Part shown: positions 36,299-46,343 of the stretch, piece after piece
How the letters are laid out: the number at the start of each line of letters is the position of its first letter
Position numbering within the stretch: position 1 is the stretch's first letter
Assembly: GCA_002359635.1 (NCBI GenBank)
Contig: DENJ01000043.1
Span: 2,611-66,610 of the forward strand
DNA from: Burkholderiales bacterium UBA2647
GTDB taxonomy: Bacteria; Pseudomonadota; Gammaproteobacteria; Burkholderiales; Burkholderiaceae_E
DNA: 64,000 bases
Direction of reading: 5' to 3'
The notes under the pieces: generated by a model
The model's input: the letters and a program-made list of their open reading frames with translations, nothing else
Database searches by the model: none
Told to the model about the DNA's origin: nothing
Program-made: the position numbers and the translations under genes

Positions 36299-36835
36299 TC
36301 AGTGAATTTGACGGTCCTCATTGCGCCAATAAGGCTCGCGCAAAATCCGTTTCAGAATTTTCCCGCTGGGACTACGAGGTATTTGCTCAACAAAGTCAAC
36401 CCTGCGAGGACACTTAAAATGAGCCAGGCGATCTCTGATCCACGCGACGATTTCGATCCCGCTTGCTTCAGGGTCTTGACGAAGCTCTGATGCTTGCTTG
36501 AGCACCACGCATGCTCTGACTGTTTCCCCCCACTGAGAATCCGGCACGCCAAAAACAGCAACATCAGCGATGTCAGGGTGCTTCATCATGACGTTCTCGA
36601 CTTCGGCCGAATCGATGTTTTCACCGCCAGAGACGATCACTCACTGTGCGGTGTGTTTCGTTAGACAGGCGACCCGGTCTCCTGGAACAAGTTCAAGATC
36701 TAGCATTGCCTGCGCCAGTCGATTGCTGAGTGACTCGAGGTCTCCGAAACGCCAATGGCGTTGCGGTGATGAAAAACACAAGGCATCCGGTTTGTATTTT
36801 CCGTGACCGCGGCAGGCATCGAGCATGGATTTCAT
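36299..36835 (-). pseudogene. Remnant of an AMP-dependent acyl-CoA synthetase/ligase (N-terminal 64 codons, in-frame TGA, C-terminal 113 codons)
   Basis: The N-terminal fragment is …RHWRFGDLESLSNRLAQAMLDLELVPGDRVACLTKHTAQ*. It is followed in frame by VIVSGGENIDSAEVENVMMKHPDIADVAVFGVPD…KCPRRVDFVEQIPRSPSGKILKR. The central roughly 350 aa, including the AMP-binding core, are absent. Confidence 0.75.
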
Positions 36836-36954
36836 CTTGACTGATCTCCTCGCAACTTATTGTTTAACCCTTTGCAATAGCCGCTTGGTACTTAGCGCTC
36901 GTTCGATGCCATGGCGACTTGCTGGCGCGGTCATCTGAGGGACCACCAAGTCAA

Positions 36955-37959
36955 TCAGTCAACCTTCGCACCGGATGACTTTACGATCGGTGCCCAACGC
37001 GTGATGGCAGTGCGCGTCATTTCGGCCATCTGCTCCGGACTCGTGCCGATCATGTTGTAACCCAACTCGGTCATGCGTTTTACGAAGGCGGGGGCCTTTA
37101 CCGCCTTTTGACATTCATCGCTCAGCTTGGCAATGATGTCTTTAGGCGTTGCGGCCGGTGCGGTTAGGCCAAACCAAACATCCGATTCGTAGCCGTTGAC
37201 GCCAGACTCAGCAATCGTTGGCAGATCAGGAAGCGCGGCGTCACGTTTGGCGCCTGTGGTTGCAAGCGCTTTGAGTTTTCCGGCCTTAATATGAGGCAGC
37301 GATGAGGGAATGTTGTCAAACATTAACTGCACCTGACCACCGAGCAGATCGGTCACTGCCGGTGCGCTGCCTTTGTAAGGAACGTGAACCATGTCGACGC
37401 CCGCCAAGGCTTTGAACATTTCGCCTGACATATGAATCGATGTGCCATTACCGCTTGATGCATAGCTGAGTTTGCCCGGATTGGCTTTAGCGTAGGCAAT
37501 CAGGTCTTTCACGTTGTTTGCTTTGACCGAGGGATGTAAAACAAGCACATTATTTAATGAAACAAGCGCTGAAACGGGTGCCAAATCTTTGTTGGGATCT
37601 GCCGGCATCTTGCTGTATAGCACCGGATTGATTGCCTGTATCCCACTGGTTGACATATAAAGCGTATAACCATCCGCTGCAGACTTTACCGCCTCAACAA
37701 GCCCAACGTTACCGCCTGCACCCGGTCGATTCTCAACCGCAACCGTTTGGCCAAGCTGCTTGCTGAGCTCTGCCGCAAGCGCACGACAAGCGATATCGAC
37801 CGCACCGCCGGGAGGAAAAGGACAAATCAAGCGTATTGTTTTTGATGGGTAGTTTTGTGCGAAAACGGATGTTGCTGGAAGCGTGAAAAGAGGAAGACTT
37901 GCAGCTCCGAGCACAATCTGACGGCGGCCCACGAGGCCTTTGTTATGGTTTTTCATCAC
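36955..37959 (-). CDS. Bug-family (TctC-like) tripartite tricarboxylate transporter substrate-binding protein
   Basis: Signal peptide, then YPSKTIRLICPFPPGGAVD, VENRPGAGGN and VPYKGSAPAVTDLLGGQV. Confidence 0.88.
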   Translation of the reverse strand: MMKNHNKGLVGRRQIVLGAASLPLFTLPATSVFAQNYPSKTIRLICPFPPGGAVDIACRALAAELSKQLGQTVAVENRPGAGGNVGLVEAVKSAADGYTLYMSTSGIQAINPVLYSKMPADPNKDLAPVSALVSLNNVLVLHPSVKANNVKDLIAYAKANPGKLSYASSGNGTSIHMSGEMFKALAGVDMVHVPYKGSAPAVTDLLGGQVQLMFDNIPSSLPHIKAGKLKALATTGAKRDAALPDLPTIAESGVNGYESDVWFGLTAPAATPKDIIAKLSDECQKAVKAPAFVKRMTELGYNMIGTSPEQMAEMTRTAITRWAPIVKSSGAKVD

Positions 37960-38148
37960 GATTACTCCATGTTATCAATCGAGGGATGCAATATCGCACT
38001 GAACGCTATGCCCCTGCAACAGGCGCGTTTCCGCGTGGGGTGATCTGGTACCCGGACAATCTCTCATCACCATTCTTCTTAAGGGTTTAGTGCCGGCATT
38101 GTGCCGTGAAAGCTACGATGACGGTTTTGTTCAGGGGACAAACAGGCG

Positions 38149-38727
38149 ATGATTGAGCGGCTAAAAAAAATGATGCCTAGTCAGCAGTCGATGCAAAACA
38201 ATCGCTGGTTGCGATGGATGGGTCCAGGACTCTTTCACCCGCGACTTTGGCGTATGCACCGGAAAGGAGTTGCTCTTGGGGTCGGCATCGGGGTATTTTT
38301 TGCCTTTCTCATTCCCATTGCACAGATTCCACTTTCAGCTGCACTCTCCATCTTGCTACGGGCCAATATTCCGGCTGCAGCGCTTGCTACGATTGTCAAC
38401 AACCCCTTAACCTTTCCACCTGTGTATTACGCGGCCTGGGAGCTCGGTCGATGGATCCTTGAGTTTAAGCTTCGCGATGGCCCAACAAGCCAAGATGGTG
38501 TCTGGCTAAACGAGCCTAAGCTCAATTCAGGTTTATCCGAAGTTAGCAAAGCCGGTGCGGACGGTTGGCTAGACCTAGTCCTAGGCCATATGGATAGCAT
38601 CGGCAAGCCGATGGCTCTTGGCGCGTTCATCTTTGCTTGCTTGTTTTCGCTGACCGCTTATGCAACGGTACAACTTGTGTGGATCAAGCGGGTAAGAATG
38701 CGTCGTGCGAGCCGCTGCGCAAAATGA
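38149..38727 (+). CDS. DUF2062-family membrane protein
   Basis: LFHPRLWRMHRKGVALGVGIGVFFAFLIPIAQIPLSAALSILLRANIPAAALATIVNNPLTFPPVYY matches the DUF2062 pattern as I recall it. Confidence 0.75.
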   Translation: MIERLKKMMPSQQSMQNNRWLRWMGPGLFHPRLWRMHRKGVALGVGIGVFFAFLIPIAQIPLSAALSILLRANIPAAALATIVNNPLTFPPVYYAAWELGRWILEFKLRDGPTSQDGVWLNEPKLNSGLSEVSKAGADGWLDLVLGHMDSIGKPMALGAFIFACLFSLTAYATVQLVWIKRVRMRRASRCAK

Positions 38728-38750
38728 GTCGGTATTGAACGATTGACCCA

Positions 38751-39458
38751 CTAGACTTCCAACCACTCCTGACGGACATCGTCTTGGTTGATCAAGTCCT
38801 GGGGACTGCCTTCGAAAACGATCTGTCCGTGCCCCATCACATAAAGCCGATGGCTGATTTTCAAGGCGATCGTAAGCTTTTGCTCTACAAGTAAGATCGA
38901 TATGCCACGTTGAGCAATCTCGGCGAGCAAATGGCCAACCAAGGTAACCATCATGGGTGCTAGACCCTCGGTGGGTTCATCGATCATGATCAGATCCGGA
39001 TCACCCATCAGCGTGCGGCACATGGTGAGCATTTGCTGCTCGCCGCCCGATAGAACACCACCGGGCGTATCCGCACGCTCCTCGAGTCTGGGAAAGATCT
39101 TAAACATATCTCCCATAGTCCAGCGGGGATTTTTCGCCCCGTGCTTTTCGCCGAGCAATAAATTCTGTCGTACCGTAAGTGAGGGGAAGATATCGCGATT
39201 CTCGGGCACATAGCCAAGCCCCAGGTGTGCGATTTCATGGGGCTTTAAGCCAGATATTTCCTGCCCCTTGAAACGAACCGAACCATGGGGTGCAACATCA
39301 CCCATGATGGCCTTGATCGTTGTGGACCGGCCGACACCATTTCTGCCAAGCAGGCTCACAATTTCGCCGGGCATGACGTGAAAGCTTACGCCTTGAAGAA
39401 TATGACTTTTTCCGTAATAGGCGTGCAAATCGCTCACTTTGAGCATCGGCTCTGTCAT
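38751..39458 (-). CDS. livF: Branched-chain amino-acid ABC transporter ATPase (LivF-type)
   Basis: Walker A GRNGVGRST, the signature LSGGEQQML and Walker B LIMIDEP. The start is at Met13 after AAGGG. Confidence 0.88.
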   Translation of the reverse strand: MTEPMLKVSDLHAYYGKSHILQGVSFHVMPGEIVSLLGRNGVGRSTTIKAIMGDVAPHGSVRFKGQEISGLKPHEIAHLGLGYVPENRDIFPSLTVRQNLLLGEKHGAKNPRWTMGDMFKIFPRLEERADTPGGVLSGGEQQMLTMCRTLMGDPDLIMIDEPTEGLAPMMVTLVGHLLAEIAQRGISILLVEQKLTIALKISHRLYVMGHGQIVFEGSPQDLINQDDVRQEWLEV

Positions 39459-39499
39459 CGATTTACCCTTGAAAGCATCTTGAACTTCGATCAATGACG

Positions 39500-40285
39500 C
39501 TAGGCTGACTGTTCTTCAGCCTGGCCAAGATAGGCTTCACGAACTGCCTGATTACCCCGGATCTGTTCGGGGTTGTCGCTTGCGATCACCTGGCCGTAGA
39601 CAAGCACGGAGATTCGATCCGCCAAGCCAAACACCACACTCATGTCGTGTTCCACCATAAACAAGGTTTTGCCTTCGCTTACACGTCGAATGAGATCAAT
39701 TGCATAAGCGGTCTCTGAGCGGCTCATACCTGCTGTGGGCTCGTCAAGAATAATGATCTTTGGGTTGGCAGCAATGGCAATCCCGATTTCGAGGGCGCGT
39801 TGTTCGGCGTAGGTGAGCACGCCGGCGGGCGTGTCCCTTCGCTGGTGCAGATTGATTTGCTCCATGACCTCTTCACAACGCGCGGTCACTGACTTAAGGT
39901 TAGCAACGCCATACCAAAAAGCATAGCGATGACCCGTCTGCCAAAGGATGCTGCAACGAATATTCTCGAAAACACTGAGCCTAGGAAAAATATTGGTGAC
40001 TTGAAAACTACGAGAAAGGCCAAGGCGATTGATTTCGAAAGGGCGCCTGCCGATAATGCTTTGCCCAAGGACCGTGATATCGCCAGAACTTAAACCGATG
40101 CGTCCGCTGATCAAATGAAACAACGTGGACTTCCCGGCGCCGTTTGGTCCAATCAATGCATGTCGTTCACCTTCGCTTACCTCGAGGTCGACGCCTCGAA
40201 TGATTTGCGTTTGGCCAAATTGCTTACGGACATCGCGCAACTGGAGCGCGGTCGAAAGTGGACCAGCATTTGTAGCGTTTTTCAT
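39500..40285 (-). CDS. livG: Branched-chain amino-acid ABC transporter ATPase (LivG-type)
   Basis: GPNGAGKSTLF, LTYAEQRALEI and ILDEPTAGM. Confidence 0.88.
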   Translation of the reverse strand: MKNATNAGPLSTALQLRDVRKQFGQTQIIRGVDLEVSEGERHALIGPNGAGKSTLFHLISGRIGLSSGDITVLGQSIIGRRPFEINRLGLSRSFQVTNIFPRLSVFENIRCSILWQTGHRYAFWYGVANLKSVTARCEEVMEQINLHQRRDTPAGVLTYAEQRALEIGIAIAANPKIIILDEPTAGMSRSETAYAIDLIRRVSEGKTLFMVEHDMSVVFGLADRISVLVYGQVIASDNPEQIRGNQAVREAYLGQAEEQSA

Positions 40286-41520
40286 GATTGCTTCATCAAG
40301 CTATGAATCTCAGACCAAGCGTTCTTGACCCTTGGCCAAACCTTTCCGCATGAAACCGCACCAAATACAAACAGACCCAAGGCGATCGTCCAGGGAAACA
40401 TGGTTCGGCTTGAAAACTCAAGGCCAATCAATACCAGTTGTGGTCCTTCGGTGGCTGCCTTGACCAAGGCGTGGTGCGCCAACTCAATGATGGCAACAGC
40501 ACCAGCAAGCCAGATCAAGGCAGGGGCGCTGACCATGAGATAGGCCGGTATAAGTCGATGCAAAAGTCCTGCACGAAACACCGGTTCATGCATCATGATC
40601 AGGCCGGCGATACCTCCTGGCAAATACATCACAACCAGGATAAACATGAGCCCGAAATAAAGCATCCAAGCCCCGGTATAGTCGCTAAGTGAAATCTGCA
40701 AGGCCGTGATCAACATCGCGCCCAAGATTGGGCCTAAGAAATGTCCGACCCCACCAATATAAGTCATCAGCAGGACAGCGCCGGATTGAGCGCCACTGAC
40801 TGACAATGCGTTCATGATTTCAAAGTTAATGGCTGCGAGTGCCCCAGCGATACCTGCAAAAATTCCCGAAAGACAGAACGATATAAAACGAATCATTTGG
40901 GTGGAGTAACCAATGAACTCGGCGCGTTCTGGATTCTCGCGGACAGCGTTGGCCATTCGACCAAACGGCGTTTGCGTGATCGCAAACATGGTGATCACCG
41001 ACACGAATGTCCAGGCGGCAATCAGGTAGTAGACCTGAATCTGAGCGCCAAAGTCCAGACCTAGCCAAAGCGCAAGCTTAGAACGGTCTGCACTCACACC
41101 CTCTTCACCACCAAAAAAAGATCGCATGATCAACGATGATGCGGCCACTAACTCGCCGAGGCCAAGGGAAATCATGGCAAATGCGGTGCCTGCCCTTTTG
41201 GTGGATACCCATCCGAAAACAAAAGCGAAGAGCAATCCGGTGAATGCGCCCACAATGGGCACCATAACCAATGGCAGGGAGGCATTTGGCCCTGCCAAGA
41301 TTTGCAGCGCATGAATCGACATAAAACCTGCCAGACCATAGTAGACGGCGTGGCCGAAAGACAGCATACCGGTCTGGCCGAGTAGCATGTTGTAGCTCAG
41401 TGCGAACACCGCCATGATGCACATCAGGCTCATTTTGGTGAGGGAAGTGCCTGAGTCAAAGACGAAAGGTAGCGCTATCAAGACTAGCGCTGCCAGAGGC
41501 CAGATTGCCAGTCGCTTCAT
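40282..41520 (-). CDS. livM: Branched-chain amino-acid ABC transporter permease (LivM-type)
   Basis: A polytopic permease with LLGQTGMLSFGHAVYYGLAGF. It has a 4-nt overlap with livG. Confidence 0.88.
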   Translation of the reverse strand: MKRLAIWPLAALVLIALPFVFDSGTSLTKMSLMCIMAVFALSYNMLLGQTGMLSFGHAVYYGLAGFMSIHALQILAGPNASLPLVMVPIVGAFTGLLFAFVFGWVSTKRAGTAFAMISLGLGELVAASSLIMRSFFGGEEGVSADRSKLALWLGLDFGAQIQVYYLIAAWTFVSVITMFAITQTPFGRMANAVRENPERAEFIGYSTQMIRFISFCLSGIFAGIAGALAAINFEIMNALSVSGAQSGAVLLMTYIGGVGHFLGPILGAMLITALQISLSDYTGAWMLYFGLMFILVVMYLPGGIAGLIMMHEPVFRAGLLHRLIPAYLMVSAPALIWLAGAVAIIELAHHALVKAATEGPQLVLIGLEFSSRTMFPWTIALGLFVFGAVSCGKVWPRVKNAWSEIHSLMKQS

Positions 41521-41521
41521 A

Positions 41522-42472
41522 TCAGGTTTCCCGGTTACCCATGAGACCCGTGGGCCGGAAGATCAGGATCATGATCAAGAGAAGATATGGGATGACGGGC
41601 GCGACCTGCGCCACCGTCACACTCCAGAGATCGCCCAACACGCTGCCATTTTTCGGATTAAATGGAAGAAATTGAAACAAATCGGAGAGCGAAACATTAA
41701 CGGCGACCGCAAAGGTCTGCACCAGACCAATCAGCAACGAGGCAATAAATGCACCCGTGAGCGAACCCAATCCACCGAGCACCACGACTACAAACAAGAT
41801 CGGTCCAAGCAGTGCAGCCATCGAAGGCTGGGTGACCAGAGCCGGGCCAGCGATCACGCCAGCAAGACCGGCTAAAACCGATCCGCCGCCAAAAACCAGC
41901 ATGAAAATCCGAGGCACGTTATGCCCCAACATTGCAACCATGTTCGGGTGGCTCAATGAAGCCTGGATGATTAAGCCGACGCGGGTCTTGGTGAGCACCC
42001 AGAGTAAAGCAATAAACATCCCGATGGCAATGCAGAGCATAAAAACTTTGTAGGCGGGGTAGGTTGTGCCAAACATGGTGAAGGCAACAAAGTCCAATGT
42101 TTCCGGTACACGGTAGTCGACAGGTAGTTTGCCCCAGATCATTTGCACAACTTCTTCAATCACGAAGGCAAGCCCAAAGGTGAACAGTAGTTCAGCGACA
42201 TGGCCATGCTTGTGCACCTGGCGAAGTCCGTAGCGCTCGATGATGGCGCCCACAAAGCCAACCAAAAGCGGTGCGGCAACGAGTCCAATCCAAAAGCCAA
42301 GATGTTTGGCGATTTCAAAGCCAAAATATGCGCCCAACATGTAAAAGCTTGCATGCGCGAAATTTAGAACACCCATCATCGAGAAAATGAGGGTGAGCCC
42401 GCCTGCCATCATGAACAGCAGCATGCCGTATAAAACGCCATTTAGGCTCGAAAATAACAGGAGTTCAAGCAT
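41522..42472 (-). CDS. livH: Branched-chain amino-acid ABC transporter permease (LivH-type)
   Basis: GVLYGMLLFMMAGGLTLIFSMMGVLNFAHASFYMLGAY. Confidence 0.88.
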   Translation of the reverse strand: MLELLLFSSLNGVLYGMLLFMMAGGLTLIFSMMGVLNFAHASFYMLGAYFGFEIAKHLGFWIGLVAAPLLVGFVGAIIERYGLRQVHKHGHVAELLFTFGLAFVIEEVVQMIWGKLPVDYRVPETLDFVAFTMFGTTYPAYKVFMLCIAIGMFIALLWVLTKTRVGLIIQASLSHPNMVAMLGHNVPRIFMLVFGGGSVLAGLAGVIAGPALVTQPSMAALLGPILFVVVVLGGLGSLTGAFIASLLIGLVQTFAVAVNVSLSDLFQFLPFNPKNGSVLGDLWSVTVAQVAPVIPYLLLIMILIFRPTGLMGNRET

Positions 42473-42540
42473 GACACCCTCTGGAACCGGGCTCGCGAGC
42501 TAAGGCTACAAGCCCGGTCGATGAAGCGCGGTAAGAACCC

Positions 42541-43791
42541 TTAGTAAGGACGGCTCATCTTGCAGGTGGTTGCCAGTTCCGTATCTTTGCCTTCAACTTT
42601 ACCGAGCGTTTTCCATCCCCAGCCTGTGCCTTCTTCGTCGAACTTCGCACCTGCAGGCAAGGGGCCGAATGAGGCGATAAACATGTCTTGTATGAACTGA
42701 TGGTTATCGGTTCGCATATAGCCTACGCCACCGTTATGCGTTGTGATTCTCATGCCCTCAAGTTTTTGAGCGACTTTCTTTGCATCGACTGCGCCAGCGG
42801 CTTTGATCGCTTCAGAAAGCATATACATCTGATTGAAAGCGCGGGGGTACCATACCGCCTGGCCTGTGCGTGGCCGGAAATCGGACTCAATGGCCTGGGA
42901 GGGGGGATTCGGTACGTTGGCATGTCCCTCAACCACTGCAAAGACACGGTCAGCGAGTCCGGTCTGCTTGATCGCGGTGGGCCCGCCTGCGCCACCTGCA
43001 TAGTAGGTATACCAGTCAACCTTGAGGCCTGCATCGGCGGCCGCCTTAAGCAACAGTGCGATGTCCTGCCCCCAGTTGCCGGTGATGACCGAGTCGGCGC
43101 CCGAAGCCTTGATTTTCGCGATGTAGGGCGCAAAGTCATTGATCTTCAGTAAAGGATGTAGCTCATTGCCAACGACTTGCACATCGGGTCGCTTCTCCTT
43201 GAGCATCGCCACCGCTTGGGCGCGAACCGAGTGGCCGAAGGAATAATCCTGATTGATCAGGTAAACCTTTTTGACGCTTGTCCGCGCCTTCATAAAGTTG
43301 GTGAGTGCCGCCATCTTGGTGTCGGAATCAGCATCCCAACGGAAATGCGACCACGAACATTTGTCGTTGGTCAGCGAGGGATCGACCGCGGCATAGTTCA
43401 GGTAAATCACCTCCTTGCCAGGATTACGCGCATTGTGTTTGACCACAAACTCCGACAGCGCTGCAGCCACCGCTGAACCATTGCCCTGTGTGATGATTCG
43501 AATACCACGGTCAATGGCCTTTTGTGCTTGTACGATGCTTTCCTGTGGATTTGTTTTTCCATCAAAGGGCACGATTTCAAACTTGCGCCCGAGCACGCCT
43601 CCTGCCGTGTTGAGTTGGTCAGCGATGTAGCGAAAGTGTTTCAGTCCATGCTCACCAATACTTGCTCCGCCCCCTGACAAGGGATCGATGTAGGCAACTT
43701 GAATGGTTTGCTGCGCAAGCGCTCCGGTACTGCCAAGCGACAGGCCAACGGCCGTAGCCATAGCGCCCAAAATGGTTTTAATGCGACGCAT
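42541..43791 (-). CDS. ABC transporter substrate-binding protein (LivK / type I periplasmic binding fold)
   Basis: The start at Met68 (MRRIKTILGAMATAVGLSLGSTGALAQ) follows GGAGGAG. It is the first gene of the liv-type operon. Confidence 0.88.
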   Translation of the reverse strand: MRRIKTILGAMATAVGLSLGSTGALAQQTIQVAYIDPLSGGGASIGEHGLKHFRYIADQLNTAGGVLGRKFEIVPFDGKTNPQESIVQAQKAIDRGIRIITQGNGSAVAAALSEFVVKHNARNPGKEVIYLNYAAVDPSLTNDKCSWSHFRWDADSDTKMAALTNFMKARTSVKKVYLINQDYSFGHSVRAQAVAMLKEKRPDVQVVGNELHPLLKINDFAPYIAKIKASGADSVITGNWGQDIALLLKAAADAGLKVDWYTYYAGGAGGPTAIKQTGLADRVFAVVEGHANVPNPPSQAIESDFRPRTGQAVWYPRAFNQMYMLSEAIKAAGAVDAKKVAQKLEGMRITTHNGGVGYMRTDNHQFIQDMFIASFGPLPAGAKFDEEGTGWGWKTLGKVEGKDTELATTCKMSRPY

Positions 43792-43946
43792 CTTGTCTCC
43801 TCCAGGTGTTTGATTTTTGTTTAAAACGGTTCTAATTGTTTTCTGTCGGCATTTCATCACAGCGCCGGCGATCAAGCAAGCATTCTTCCAAGACAGCCTG
43901 CCTATCGCTGCTGCAAATGTATCGCTTGCTGATGAATCGACGCGAG

Positions 43947-44393
43947 CTAGGGCTGCTGAAGCACCATTTGCGTCTGGGTGACTACGGCGCATAGCTTACC
44001 GGCTTCATCGCTGATTCTTGTTTCCCACACATGGGTGCTGCGGCCGCGGTGCAGAGGGCGAGTGTCGGCCAGCACATAGCTGCCGATGGCGGCGCCGCGC
44101 AGGAAATTTGTTTTTGACTCAATGGTCGTGGTGCGTGCGCCTTTGGGCAGTTGAATAAAGGTTGCAACCGCGCCAACCGTATCGGCTAGGGCCATGAATG
44201 CACCGCCGTGCAGGCTGTTACCCGCTGTACAAAGTTCCATGCGCACGAGCAAGCGCGCCTGGACATGTTCTGGCTCGAGCTTGACCCACTCGATGCCAAG
44301 CAACCCCGGAAAGAGGGGTTTTAGCCGCTCAGCCATGTCTTCTAAAGACGCTTGCGCTTGATCGGGCTGCGTATCATTATGGTCGGTGCTCAT
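43947..44393 (-). CDS. PaaI-family hotdog-fold thioesterase
   Basis: LGIEWVKLEPEHVQARL…NSLHGGAFMALADTVG. Confidence 0.8.
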   Translation of the reverse strand: MSTDHNDTQPDQAQASLEDMAERLKPLFPGLLGIEWVKLEPEHVQARLLVRMELCTAGNSLHGGAFMALADTVGAVATFIQLPKGARTTTIESKTNFLRGAAIGSYVLADTRPLHRGRSTHVWETRISDEAGKLCAVVTQTQMVLQQP

Positions 44394-44419
44394 GAGCTTT
44401 CCTTTATAAAAAACATATC

Positions 44420-45349
44420 GTGATGAAAAAACTTCAAATTGTCGATGCGCATCATCATCTGTGGGATTTGACCTTGGGTTGGTATGATTGGCTTGTCGGA
44501 GACCCTAAGCCTTTTCTGCTTGGGGATTACACCGCCTTGCGTCGAAATTACCTGCCCGCTGATTATCGAATCGATGCCTGGGGCCTCGAAGTGCTTGCCA
44601 CTGTGCATATTGAAGCCGAGTGTAAGCGTTCACTGGCACTCGAGGAGACGCGCTGGCTACATGAGCAAGCGCAAGCCCATGGCATGCCTGATGGCGTCGT
44701 TGCGCATGCCTGGCTGCATGATCCAAAGCTTGATGAGCGGCTTGCCGCCCATGCGAACTACCCACTGGTTAAAGGCTTGCGCTCAAAGCCTGTTACCGCC
44801 TCTGAGGCCAGTGCAGCAGCGCCTACAGGGCCGGGCTCACTTTCAGATCCGCATTGGCTTGAAGGCATGCGTAAGCTTGCTAGGTACCAATGGTCTTGGG
44901 ATTTGCGGGTACCCTTTTGGCACCTGGAGGAGGCGGCCGGGGTTCTTGAGAAGGTTCCAGAACTTGAGGTGGTCCTTAATCACACAGGTTTACCATGGGA
45001 TCGAAGCGAGGCAGGGTTGGCGCATTGGCGCAAGGGCATGAAAGCCTTGGCTCGCCTGCCTCAGGTCTATTGCAAGATCAGTGAATTAGGCCTCTTGAAT
45101 GCGGCCTGGACCGTAGCGTCGAATCAGCGGGTGGTCCAAGAAGCTGTTGAACTGTTTGGCCCCTCTCGCTGTATGTTTGGAAGTAACTTCCCTGTGGCGA
45201 GCCTGCGTGTCGGATTTCTTTCCCAGGTACTGGGCATCGACAAGATGCTGCAGCACTTAACAGCAGCAGAGCGACACGATATTTTTGTCAACAACGCTAT
45301 ATCGTTCTATCGCTTAGAGCCATTTTGCAGGCAAGTTCAAAAGCATTAA
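44420..45349 (+). CDS. Amidohydrolase-2 family metal-dependent hydrolase
   Basis: IVDAHHHLWDL at the N-terminus, LNHTGLPW and MFGSNFPV. Confidence 0.8.
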   Translation: MMKKLQIVDAHHHLWDLTLGWYDWLVGDPKPFLLGDYTALRRNYLPADYRIDAWGLEVLATVHIEAECKRSLALEETRWLHEQAQAHGMPDGVVAHAWLHDPKLDERLAAHANYPLVKGLRSKPVTASEASAAAPTGPGSLSDPHWLEGMRKLARYQWSWDLRVPFWHLEEAAGVLEKVPELEVVLNHTGLPWDRSEAGLAHWRKGMKALARLPQVYCKISELGLLNAAWTVASNQRVVQEAVELFGPSRCMFGSNFPVASLRVGFLSQVLGIDKMLQHLTAAERHDIFVNNAISFYRLEPFCRQVQKH

Positions 45350-46256
45350 AAAAAGCCTGCGGGTTGGCAATGCCTTGACCGGCGATATCATAAGCGGTGC
45401 CATGAGCGGGCGTGGTAATGGGATATGGCAAGCCGCCATGAACGGTCACCCCACGCTCAAAGCCGAGCAGTTTCATCGCAATCTGACCTTGGTCGTGATA
45501 CATCGTGACAACGCCATCATAGCCATCGGGCTTGCGAATGGCTCGGACAAACACAGTATCGGCGGGGAAAGGACCTTCAGCATCATAGCCCTCCTTCTTG
45601 GCGAGCGCGATGCCAGGCGCGATGATCCTTGCCTCTTCGTCACCGTAGTTGCCGTGATCACCGTTATGAGGATTAAGACCGCAAACGGCGATGCGAGGCT
45701 GTTTGAGGCCAGCACGGGTCAGGGATTGATGAATGAGCGTAATCGCCGCTGCCACGCTGTGCTTGCTTAAAAGCTGGCTCACCTCACGCAAGGCCACATG
45801 CGAAGTCACGCGTGCCGTCCAAAGATTTTCGAGCACATTAAGTTCTCCGCATACGCCCTCAAACTGAAGATGATCGGCAAACCATCGCAATTCATCTTCT
45901 TGTTGCATGCCAGCTGCACGCAAGGCGCTTTTGTTCAACGGCGCAAAACAAAATGCATCGACTTTCGCTTGTTGGGCCAGCGATAAACCCTGATGAAGCC
46001 CCTCAAGCATGTAGCGACCATTGTCTGCGTTGGCAAGCCCGGGCTGAACGCTTGAAGTCAGCCAGCCCTCCCATGCATGCAGGGTGAGCCCGGCAGGCAC
46101 TCGAAGTGCGGCTTGTTGTCCAATGAGATGGATATGCACATGCTGATAACGCGAAGGCTCATCAAGCAATTTCTGCACCAATTCAGGACCGATGCCGGCA
46201 GGGTCGCCGCTGAAAAGAGCAATGCGTGGCTTGGGAACCTGTTGATGGTTGCTCAT
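45297..46256 (-). CDS. PdxA-family 4-hydroxythreonine-4-phosphate dehydrogenase-like oxidoreductase
   Basis: IALFSGDPAGIGPEL, CGLNPHNGDHG, MYHDQGQIAMK and TTPAHGTAYDIAGQG. Confidence 0.85.
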   Translation of the reverse strand: MSNHQQVPKPRIALFSGDPAGIGPELVQKLLDEPSRYQHVHIHLIGQQAALRVPAGLTLHAWEGWLTSSVQPGLANADNGRYMLEGLHQGLSLAQQAKVDAFCFAPLNKSALRAAGMQQEDELRWFADHLQFEGVCGELNVLENLWTARVTSHVALREVSQLLSKHSVAAAITLIHQSLTRAGLKQPRIAVCGLNPHNGDHGNYGDEEARIIAPGIALAKKEGYDAEGPFPADTVFVRAIRKPDGYDGVVTMYHDQGQIAMKLLGFERGVTVHGGLPYPITTPAHGTAYDIAGQGIANPQAFFNAFELACKMALSDRTI

Positions 46257-46343
46257 ATTTCGATCATTTCGAACACGCGATTCATTCGTTCATAAAGATC
46301 AATTCAATCATTTAGATCATTGCTATCACTAGCACGTTATAGT

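Noticed and set aside
36641-36643. The in-frame TGA in the acyl-CoA synthetase remnant read as a selenocysteine or readthrough codon
   Set aside because: The sequences on either side correspond to the extreme N-terminal and C-terminal parts of the enzyme family, with the entire catalytic core missing. Readthrough could not give a functional ligase, and I saw no SECIS-like element.
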